Below the pieces are notes generated by a model. The model was not told the origin of the DNA, ran no database searches, and worked only from the letters and a program-made list of their open reading frames with translations. A program made the translations under genes and the position numbers. Source: a bacterium (GTDB lineage: Bacteria; Zhuqueibacterota; Zhuqueibacteria; Oceanimicrobiales; Oceanimicrobiaceae). Taken from it: a DNA stretch of 50,291 nucleotides. The stretch is from positions 1-50,291 of the forward strand of contig JBHIAC010000008.1 in the NCBI GenBank assembly GCA_046758365.1, read 5' to 3'. Positions 1-7,441 of this stretch are shown piece by piece (the first letter of the stretch is position 1; each line of letters opens with the position of its first letter).

Positions 1-57
1 GGCAGCAACCAGACCAGCTGGGCCAGCACCGATAATGATAATGGGTAGGTGATTCAT
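1..57 (-). CDS. N-terminus of an FAD/NAD(P)-binding oxidoreductase (runs off the window edge)
   Basis: Reverse complement from ATG at 57 reads MNHLPIIIIGAGPAGLVAA, a classic GxGxxG Rossmann start; GAGG upstream. Not in the ORF track. Confidence 0.8.
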   Translation of the reverse strand, partial: MNHLPIIIIGAGPAGLVAA

Positions 58-274
58 TGTTACAATGTCGAATTCCTCTCGTAATTGGTCACGAGGTTGA
101 GAAAAGCACGCAAATCACAAAAGAGGCACGTAGAGTAGAAAGAAATCATACGATACTCCGCAAGGGTTATTATCTCCATCAATACTCAAACATGGAGTTA
201 ATCAAAGCAAATCTTCGTTAATCTGCTTCTTTTTCAATTCACCTTAGCTCTCTTTACCCACTTGCTTGATTAGA

Positions 275-1309
275 TCACTTTTTGGTAGGGTCAAGTGTGG
301 GCGATTTCCGTCTATTGAACAGGTATTGGATAACACCGATGGCGAACGCGAGACCACTGTAGAAATAGTAAAACCAGTGCCACGGTACGGCTCGTAGAGC
401 AAACCATAAACCACGCTTGCGCAGGAAGAAGCGGTAAAGCGGTGCATTCAACACCAAGAGTGACAAGGACAGCACACCAACAACGACGAGGGCTCCAGAC
501 CACCACCATGCTCCCAACAAAGCGGACAAGAGCCCATAGGTAAACATCACGCTGAGGCGACCTGAGGTTTTCAGGTTTAGATCATTAATGAAATGGCGAT
601 CTCGCAGAATCAGCTCAGCCCACGGCAGGGCGCGATGGCAGAAGTCGGATTTCAATAACGAAACGACTCCCCAGCGCTTCAAATGTTTGACTTGCAGTGC
701 CTTGCAGAGCTGAATTCGATAACCAGCCCGCTTCAGTCGATAGCCGAGCTCAATATCTTCAATGGAAGGGTGGCGATAACCCTCGTCGAATCCTCCCAGA
801 GCTAGGAAAACATCGCGTCGAATAGCACCACATGCACCCCAGAAGGTGGAGGCCTCCTCACGTGCGGTCTGGTGCACATAGTGGTGGAACAGGTTCTTGT
901 ACTGTGATAGGAAGTTATTTGCGGCCGGCGTATCATCATAGGATCCAAAAAGCGCAACCAGATACGGCTCACACCTGAAGGCAGTTGCAATTTGGCTTAC
1001 AGCATCTCGAGGGATTACCACGTCGGCATCGACGAAGAAAAGGATGTCACCGCTGGCCTTACGTGCTCCGAGATTCCGTGATCGGGCAGGACCGCCCGCA
1101 ATAGGTGTCTCCAGCACTTGTATACCCAATTCCTTTGTCGGGTTCTTGAAGTCGTCTTTACCGCCATCCGCTACTACAATAATTTCATTTGGTGGGGGTA
1201 CTGCTTCAGAAATACTCCTTAAGGATGTGCCAAAGTTTTCACCACAATTATCCACAGGTATAATTACTGATATGGTCAATTTAGGACGCGAAGCAAATGT
1301 AAATTTCAT
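275..1309 (-). CDS. Glycosyltransferase family 2 with C-terminal membrane segments
   Basis: ISVIIPV start, GPARSRNLGA, FFVDADV (DxD), GGFDE..IEDIELGYRL motifs; hydrophobic C-terminus; visibly more GC-rich than the core genes. Confidence 0.9.
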   Translation of the reverse strand: MKFTFASRPKLTISVIIPVDNCGENFGTSLRSISEAVPPPNEIIVVADGGKDDFKNPTKELGIQVLETPIAGGPARSRNLGARKASGDILFFVDADVVIPRDAVSQIATAFRCEPYLVALFGSYDDTPAANNFLSQYKNLFHHYVHQTAREEASTFWGACGAIRRDVFLALGGFDEGYRHPSIEDIELGYRLKRAGYRIQLCKALQVKHLKRWGVVSLLKSDFCHRALPWAELILRDRHFINDLNLKTSGRLSVMFTYGLLSALLGAWWWSGALVVVGVLSLSLLVLNAPLYRFFLRKRGLWFALRAVPWHWFYYFYSGLAFAIGVIQYLFNRRKSPTLDPTKK

Positions 1310-1756
1310 TGAATGTAAAATTGTATTTTTTCACCATTTACTATAAAAGAGAAAGAATAAATAAAGCTCCGCCCTGTGAGTTACATCCATAACCTACAGG
1401 ACAGAGATTTTCTCTGGTTTTTAATTTTTGTGACATCAATATTTGTGAAATCCGTGCCCTAAACTCAAATTTAGGCTTTTAAATCTGTAGACAAAAGCGA
1501 ACTGCTACCTATCACAAGGATGGTGCTTAAGCTCTTTGCCTTACGTTGTACTATAAAGGAACGAACGTGCAATTTCAAAAGCTTTAATTGAATTTTTCCC
1601 TCTTATATCATGCGATTATATGAAGCCCGAGGTGTAGTAGAAAACCCTAATTTTGTGAAATTCAAGTGTGTCATCAGAAAATCTTAAAACGGCAGTCAGC
1701 ATTTACATCTCTCGAGTAACGTTTGTAACGTGTTACACAGAGTATAAAAACCTATC

Positions 1757-1863
1757 CTAGAGGGGTGGACGAAAACGCCTATTTTGAATAAATTATAGAC
1801 GCTAACTTATTGATTTTTCGTTCAGAATTTCTAAGAAATTACACTTTTCGTCCACCCCTCTAG
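1757..1863. mobile_element. 107-bp MITE-like element with 19-bp perfect terminal inverted repeats
   Basis: CTAGAGGGGTGGACGAAAA (1757-1775) and TTTTCGTCCACCCCTCTAG (1845-1863) enclose a non-coding AT-rich core; the terminal CTAG could be the duplicated target. Confidence 0.8.
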
Positions 1864-2541
1864 TCAGCATTAAATTAATTTGACTCGCTTATTGAAAAAC
1901 TTCGGAAAAATTTTAATAGTTAGAAAGATTGCTAGTGAGCTTTTATCCTCAGTCTTAGAAAACATGGTACAGTTTCTCGGAATGCAATAATAATAAATTT
2001 TATATATGGACTTTACGATCAAACAGCGATAGTTGCGTAAAAACTTTCGACATTTACTTCAATGAAAAAATACTTTTCTTGGCGATCCCTAATAATAATG
2101 ACAATAGTAAAAGTAATCTTATACTTGAGTGTATACAACGCTCCGTTTTCTCAGTTACAATTTGTAACCTACAGGCAAACATAATTTTAATTTGTGGTGC
2201 AACGAAATAAATCGGTACCTATAATTTAAGCTATCTACTCGAATGACAACAGCCTATTTTTGCTTTTGGGAAAACTTCTTTGAAACGCTCGTTTACAGTT
2301 CTAGCCCGAAGGCCTCTGACCAAGGGCTGTCGCAGCCAGATAGACGCTCGGCGAGATGCCTACGCTTTAGTCCTGTACGTTTCTTTCTGATAAAACTACC
2401 CGCAGGGTAGTCATCGCTTCTAAGGTAAATAGATATCAACCAAAGTTGAGCATCGATCTAGAAAACTTTATATTTTTCCCAACTCATTTATTCAGGATTA
2501 ATATAACAGTATTAAATTTATTTATATAACCTACAAAACCA

Positions 2542-2570
2542 AGTATATTAAATTATAGCAACAAAGTCAA
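2542..2570 (-). promoter_or_regulatory. sigma70-type promoter pointing toward the glycosyltransferase genes
   Basis: Minus strand TTGACT-N17-TATACT. Confidence 0.55.
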
Positions 2571-3010
2571 GGCGATCTATATCTTTTAAGAAAGGTCAAA
2601 ATAAAAATACTGAGGGTATTTGTAATCCTTTCATCTCGATTTAATTATATCAAAAATATTAAGATACGGGTTTATCGAACTGTTCTACTAAAATGGATAC
2701 ATACAAGTCCTCAAGGTTACAAAGCGCTCAATACGAGAAGACAAAGTACATACAGATTTCTCAATTGATAGCGTATGCGTTTGCCTAAGAAAGATGACTG
2801 GAGAGAAAGAGAATGGAAAAAGGCTGAACGTAATGGTCAGGATAACAGCAACTTGACCAAAAGAGGAGATTACAATTTCAGCCGCTTCAAGAAACTCGTC
2901 TCATTTGTGAGTAAGCTATGCACAAACAGGCATCTCCTACCCAGTGAGAGCTTGATGTGGCCTACACGTCGTTCAAGAGCTTGTGTGATAACGAGTAATT
3001 CGTGATGTTT

Positions 3011-3171
3011 ATGTATACGCCAAAGCGCTAAAGATTTCAGAGGATTTGATTCCGATTCTTTATAAGATCGTAAATAAGGAAAATATGCCAATGCCAAAGG
3101 TGGTTGATGATCTGTTGAGTAATGGCATAAAGAATTACTTCTCGAATTGGGATGATGGCCTACAAACCTAA
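3011..3171 (+). pseudogene. Frameshifted small putative DNA-binding protein of mobile-element type
   Basis: ATG TAT ACG CCA AAG (MYTPK) is followed by an 8-bp near-duplication (CGCCAAAG/CGCTAAAG, 3018-3033). Removing it gives MYTPKISEDLIPILYKIVNKENMPMPKVVDDLLSNGIKNYFSNWDDGLQT, which resembles a ribbon-helix-helix-like pattern (recalled, not searched). Confidence 0.4.
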
Positions 3172-4036
3172 TTGCATCTGCTCCATCTTCTTATCTCGCT
3201 TCTCCTGCCATCTTACATATTTCCTAATCTGATCCGCGATATCTTTGATGGGGTTATGCGCGTCCTTAAGAAGACGGGAACATGCTGGGTGAACCTCGGT
3301 GATACGTATGCTGGTAGCTGGGGCAACTATGCACTAAATGGAATCAAAGGGGTTCAACGCCCACGCACCCTACAAGGACAGCGTTCGGACAGACCTGCCT
3401 ATGCTGACACCACGTTCCGTCCGCCTTCATCCATGACTCAAAACGTGCAACCAAAATCCCTCTGCCAAATCCCTTCACGCTTTGCCATCGAGATGTGCAA
3501 TCGTGGGTGGATCCTTAGGAATGGTCTGATCTGGTGGAAGCCCAATTGCATGCCGTCATCAACGAAAGATAGATTTACAGTTGACTTCGAGAAGATTTTC
3601 TTTGATAGAAACACCGATTAAGGCAGGATTTCCTGAATTTGTGTGCAAGAAGTGTGGTAAACCACGGGAGAAGATATTGAAGTCAACCGGAAATTTGATT
3701 GCACAAGGTGGTTATGCTAGCAAAATAGCAATTCATTTAGGTGTAAGCCCTATATCATCTTTACTAACAAAAAATGTTAAAGAAAAAGCATTTATTGGCT
3801 ATAATAGTTGCTGCAAATGTATTATTGGCTTTGAGCAGGGAATCGTGCTCGACCCTTTCATGGGAAGCGGTACTACGGCTTTAGTTGCTTTAAAGTTAAA
3901 CAGACGATTCGAAGGAATCGAGACAAATCAAAAATACATAGAAATGGCCATGAAACGTATTAAGCCATATCTTCAGCTGAAAAAGTCTAAAAGAGATGGT
4001 TTGACTCCGAACATCTTTAAGTATTTGGAGATATAG
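3172..4036 (+). pseudogene. Decayed beta-class N4/N6 DNA methyltransferase (two ORF fragments)
   Basis: Fragment 1 has RVLKKTGTCWVNLGDTY and GWILRNGLIWWKPNCMP..KDRFT; fragment 2 has motif I DPFMGSGTT plus CxxC motifs. The catalytic (T/D)SPPY motif IV is missing, and the fragments join out of frame near 3600 with an apparent internal deletion. Confidence 0.85.
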
Positions 4037-4059
4037 GTGAAATTATAGTAGAATTTCCA

Positions 4060-4199
4060 TTGCCACATTTTTGCCACTTTGTGGTGTACGCTGCTGTGTA
4101 TAACACGTGCATTTTCAGTGCGTTAATTGCGATTTCAAAATGTCAGGTGGGGAAATAATTTAATATTTGTTTTTATTACATTTAATGAATAAAAAAATA
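4060..4199. mobile_element. att-arm-like sequence abutting the tRNA(CAT) 5' half
   Basis: Direct repeats TTGCCAC at 4060-4066 and 4071-4077 (11-bp period); GTGY motifs at 4084/4096/4107/4118; homologous to 5030-5091. Confidence 0.65.
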
Positions 4200-4240
4200 G
4201 GATTATGAGTCCGCTGCTCTGCCGGCTGAGCTACACCGCC
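4200..4240 (-). pseudogene. 5' half of tRNA-Met/Ile2 (CAT), truncated in the 3' strand of the anticodon stem
   Basis: GGCGGTG TA GCTC AGCCGGCA GAGC A GCGGA CTCATAA TCC is followed by TATTTTTTT; there is no T-arm or 3' acceptor strand anywhere in the window. Confidence 0.85.
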
Positions 4241-4339
4241 ATAACATTGTTTATATTTAATATACTTTCTATAAATTTTCATTTTGCTTTTGCCCTATTG
4301 TTTCAATACAACCTATCATTATTATCAGTTAGTATTATA

Positions 4340-4530
4340 GATTGCCTGATGTAAGATTAAAAATGATAGTCCTCAATAACACCTACCACTGTAAAATTAC
4401 CTCTGTTTCTTGACCAGTTGTAAATTTTTTTCCCAATCGGTTCATCCAAGCTTAATAATTCAACGTTTTTCTTAATGAGTATAGCGTCAGATGAATCAGA
4501 ACTGAAATCTCTTGAAAAGAATCTAATCCC
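4340..4530 (-). pseudogene. Fragment of a MacB/FtsX-type ABC transporter permease
   Basis: Reads RFFSRDFSSDSSDAILIKKNVELLSLDEPIGKKIYNWSRNRGNFTVVGVIEDYHF*, matching the PIGK...VGV..DYHF pattern of these permeases; no start codon and a premature stop. Boundaries are approximate. Confidence 0.65.
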
Positions 4531-5006
4531 ACACTTAAAGTGGAAAACAAGTAATTAAGATATTTTTGCATGATTCCAACCGATTTACATGGCCTAATTA
4601 TATATAATTCAGTTGAACCACAGTTTTCGGCGGGTGTCATACTCAATGCTTCTTAGGCAACCGCCTGCAATCAATCCTGAGCAAATTAAGGAAAGCCGAT
4701 TTACGAGAAGAAAACATTATGGTTTTCGGTTTGACAAACGAAAAGGAACCGAAAAGCTTAAGATTTTCTTCTTGCTCGGCATTCCAAGCCAAGAGTGAAT
4801 TCATTATCCTACTAAGAAAATGCTGAAAGTATTTTCAAATTTAATTTGCCACAGTGTAACCACCCTTCAATCTCTGTGTCGGACAGTATGATTTGTTGGA
4901 TATGTTTCCTTAATTTTGAGCCAAAGACTAAAATAGTGATATGGAAGGCACGGCGGCTAATACCTGGTGCATTTAGATATCCGAATCAAACTTGTATGGT
5001 TATTCC

Positions 5007-5144
5007 ATCACCGTATTATCACCGTTTACTGGTGTGCACAATTGTGCGTAACCTATGCGTTTTCTGTGCTTTAAATAGAATTTAAAGAAGTGATAAAAAT
5101 AAGGGGATTATTATTGTTATTATTAAACTTACGTCGCCCCCCAA
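5007..5144. mobile_element. att-arm-like sequence abutting the tRNA-Leu 5' half
   Basis: Direct repeats ATCACCGT at 5007-5014 and 5018-5025 (11-bp period); RTGY motifs at 5032/5044/5055/5066; homologous to 4082-4143. Confidence 0.65.
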
Positions 5145-5189
5145 AGGGATTTTAAGTCCCTTGTGTCTACCAAATTCCACCACCCCGGC
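5145..5189 (-). pseudogene. 5' half of tRNA-Leu(TAA), truncated after the anticodon stem
   Basis: GCCGGGG TG GTG GAATTTGGTAGA CAC A AGGGA CTTAAAA TCCCT is followed by TTGGGGGGCGACGTAAG; no T-loop or CCCCGGC acceptor strand. It occupies the third position of the usual Gly-Cys-Leu tRNA operon. Confidence 0.85.
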
Positions 5190-5246
5190 TTAAAAACCAA
5201 CCTCCCGCAGGATTTTCGAACCTGTGAGAGGTTTTAACACCATTTG

Positions 5247-5319
5247 AGGCGGCGATCGGATTCGAACCGATGAATAGAGGTTTTGCAGACCTCTGCCTTG
5301 GCCACTTGGCTACGCCGCC
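5247..5319 (-). tRNA. tRNA-Cys(GCA)
   Basis: Complete cloverleaf GGCGGCGTAGCCAAGTGG...CTGCAAAA...GGTTCGAATCC...CGCCGCCT. Confidence 0.97.
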
Positions 5320-5380
5320 CTGGGCAAAAAAAAATCAGAGCCTTTCGAATAAAAAACCCTGATCTCATTCCTGCACATTG

Positions 5381-5453
5381 AGCGGGAGACGGGGTTCGAA
5401 CCCGCGACCCTCACCTTGGCAAGGTGATGCTCTACCAACTGAGCCACTCCCGC
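5381..5453 (-). tRNA. tRNA-Gly(GCC)
   Basis: Complete cloverleaf GCGGGAGTGGCTCAGTTGG...TTGCCAA...GGTTCGAACC...CTCCCGCT. Confidence 0.97.
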
Positions 5454-5471
5454 TAATTTCTATCACTCTAA

Positions 5472-5500
5472 AATATACCAAAAATTATAAAAGTATGCAA
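5472..5500 (-). promoter_or_regulatory. sigma70 promoter of the Gly-Cys-Leu tRNA operon
   Basis: TTGCAT-N17-TATATT immediately upstream of tRNA-Gly. Confidence 0.6.
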
Positions 5501-5522
5501 GATTTTTTTATAAATTTATAGC

Positions 5523-5660
5523 TTAATTTTCAGGAGGTTCTGCTAATCGATCTAATATTTCTCTTCTTTTTGCTCTTACAGACCTATGGAGGTTTTTACT
5601 TTTTTTATATAAAAGAAAAGCTCCAAAAAGTAAAATTAAAATTATCGCAATTTTAAACAT
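5523..5660 (-). CDS. Putative 45-aa single-pass membrane microprotein
   Basis: MFKIAIILILLFGAFLLYKKSKNLHRSVRAKRREILDRLAEPPEN: hydrophobic N-terminal helix followed by a basic stretch; no clear RBS. Confidence 0.45.
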   Translation of the reverse strand: MFKIAIILILLFGAFLLYKKSKNLHRSVRAKRREILDRLAEPPEN

Positions 5661-5787
5661 TTAGATGTATATATTATATGGGAATCCATTTGCCATAAAA
5701 ATATAAGACTTTTCACTTTCAAGATCAAGAAAAAATTCCTATATTTAAAACTAACATTATTTACCGAGAATTTAGGAGCTTATAATT

Positions 5788-5967
5788 ATGGAAACTATTG
5801 AGACCAAGGAATTAATTATTACCTGTGAAGCTTGTGGGAATGTTAAAAAATTTATTGTACAAGACGAAAGAGATTCTGAGCGAATATTTAATGATTATTC
5901 ATGTGAAAATAATTGCGGAAGAAATTTATATAGTTTTATTACAGTTGGAACGCTTAAAAGAACCTAA
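5788..5967 (+). CDS. 59-aa Cys-rich (CxxC...CxxxC) microprotein, putative zinc-binding
   Basis: AGGAG RBS then METIETKELIITCEACGNVKKFIVQDERDSERIFNDYSCENNCGRNLYSFITVGTLKRT; just below the ORF-track length cutoff. Confidence 0.75.
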   Translation: METIETKELIITCEACGNVKKFIVQDERDSERIFNDYSCENNCGRNLYSFITVGTLKRT

Positions 5968-6026
5968 AGTTTAATCATTACATTCTTTTTCAACCATTAT
6001 TTCTACGTTACTCATATTTTAAAAGA

Positions 6027-6055
6027 AAGCCCGTAGAATCTAACATTACGGGCTT
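6027..6055. terminator. Hairpin terminator between the Cys-rich ORF and tRNA-Ala
   Basis: AAGCCCGTA...TACGGGCTT inverted repeat; A-rich left flank gives a U-tract on the minus strand. Confidence 0.65.
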
Positions 6056-6060
6056 AACAG

Positions 6061-6134
6061 TGGAGCCGATGGGGATCGAACCCACGACCTCATGACTGCC
6101 AGTCATGCGCTCTCCCAATCTGAGCTACGGCCCC
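6061..6134 (-). tRNA. tRNA-Ala(GGC)
   Basis: Complete cloverleaf GGGGCCGTAGCTCAG...CTGGCAG...GGTTCGATCC...CGGCTCCA with a G3-U70 pair. Confidence 0.97.
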
Positions 6135-6146
6135 ATAACCTTGCAA

Positions 6147-6175
6147 ATAATACATAATATGTAATTAAAAGTCAA
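6147..6175 (-). promoter_or_regulatory. sigma70 promoter of tRNA-Ala
   Basis: TTGACT-N17-TATTAT. Confidence 0.6.
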
Positions 6176-6194
6176 GAAGAATATTATTTCCCTT

Positions 6195-6323
6195 TCATTT
6201 CATTCTTTTTAATAACCTCTCGGCAATAATTTCTGTTACTTCGGGAGTAAAATAATACTTTTCTTTAATCCTTTGACGGATATCGTAAATTTTCTTTTCT
6301 CGATTTTCAGGACAAGAATTCAT
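6195..6323 (-). CDS. flgM: 42-aa FlgM-like anti-sigma28 protein (C-terminal domain only)
   Basis: MNSCPENREKKIYDIRQRIKEKYYFTPEVTEIIAERLLKRMK fits the FlgM R.EK...IR.RI....Y......IA..L signature; next to a FlgN-like gene and near fliA. Not in the ORF track. Confidence 0.65.
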   Translation of the reverse strand: MNSCPENREKKIYDIRQRIKEKYYFTPEVTEIIAERLLKRMK

Positions 6324-6381
6324 TACTGTGATAATTACCCACTACAAAATTAACCTCTTTGTTTGAAAATACTCATTCGAA

Positions 6382-6834
6382 TTATTTAATCCCCAACACT
6401 TTGTTATTTTTTGTACCAATTAAATCGGCTTTAATTTCAGCTTTCTTGCATGTTTGAATTAACTCTTCTAAATTTTTATTTCTTGCTGTCTTGATAATTT
6501 TATGGCACTGCTTTTCTAAGTACAAAATATCTGAAACTACACCTTTAAGTTCCTCAATTTTCCCATTGATTTTAATCTCCGTTTCAGTTGAAAACCGATG
6601 CTTAAATTTGAACCAAGAATTTTGAAAATCAATTAAATTTTTTTTATGTGCATTAATTAATTCCAGTAGTCTCTTTTTTTCATTTATGATTTTATTAAAC
6701 TGGCAATATTCACCACTTTCTAATAATTTCTTTTGACTTTCAACTAATTTTTTCAATTCGAAGAAAGATTGAATTTGTTTATTAAATTCATTGTAAAGGT
6801 CATCAATGAACTCAGTCACTGCTATGTCCTCCAT
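6382..6834 (-). CDS. FlgN/FliT-like helical export-chaperone protein
   Basis: 150-aa all-helical protein with the pattern L..L...Q...L.......F..II.EK..LLE.I; flagellar regulatory context. Confidence 0.55.
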   Translation of the reverse strand: MEDIAVTEFIDDLYNEFNKQIQSFFELKKLVESQKKLLESGEYCQFNKIINEKKRLLELINAHKKNLIDFQNSWFKFKHRFSTETEIKINGKIEELKGVVSDILYLEKQCHKIIKTARNKNLEELIQTCKKAEIKADLIGTKNNKVLGIK

Positions 6835-6925
6835 CGTATGGAATGCTTCTACCTGTTCTTTATTTATATCTCATTTGCAATTGAGATAATATTAAGATCC
6901 ACTATATCAAACACTTATAATTAAT

Positions 6926-6953
6926 CTATCGACAGCCTATTACAAAGCCTTTA
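6926..6953 (-). promoter_or_regulatory. sigma28 (FliA)-like promoter upstream of flgN-like/flgM-like
   Basis: TAAA-N16-GTCGATAG versus consensus TAAA-N15/16-GCCGATAA. Confidence 0.55.
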
Positions 6954-7164
6954 CAAAATTCTTTTTATTCTTTTAAACAGACATCACATTTTCTCACCTG
7001 TATTAAAAAAAACTACGCTATATGGCGTTATCCTAAATTTCAATATTTAAAACTGAGATATGAAAAGATGTTGGAGAGTAATAAAATATGGAAGGTGAAT
7101 ATAATTAAATTCCCCCTATAAAATTATATTATTTATCTATAGGTTTACTATTTTCGTTTGCTCA

Positions 7165-7389
7165 CTATTTATCGCAATTATCAGAATTATTTTGTTCTTC
7201 TTTTTTTGAGATTTGAGCATTTTTATTCTCCTCTTGAATTCTTTCGTAAATTTCACCACGAAAAATACTAATTTCAGTTGGGGCCTCAATCCCTAACCTA
7301 ATTTGCTTACCGTGAATATCTACTACTTTGATGACTATATTATCTCCAATAACAATCGTTTCACCCAACTTCCTTGTGAGGACCAGCAT
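7165..7389 (-). CDS. csrA: Carbon storage regulator CsrA
   Basis: MLVLTRKLGETIVIGD...IRLGIEAP..ISIFRGEIY signature. Confidence 0.97.
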   Translation of the reverse strand: MLVLTRKLGETIVIGDNIVIKVVDIHGKQIRLGIEAPTEISIFRGEIYERIQEENKNAQISKKEEQNNSDNCDK

Positions 7390-7441
7390 AATTGTTTCCT
7401 TAGTTTACTTGTAAGAAAAAGGATATTTTGTTGTATATTTT

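Noticed and set aside
4613..4798. 61-aa ORF and nearby hairpins (e.g. TTTTCGGTT/AACCGAAAA, 4723-4755)
   Set aside because: No RBS or recognisable protein or RNA motif; cannot be supported beyond chance pairing.
5100..5189. Group I intron in tRNA-Leu(UAA) or tRNA(CAU) as the explanation for the truncations
   Set aside because: The anticodon loops are intact and the stems close normally before the break; no 3' exon or group I core is visible downstream in the window.
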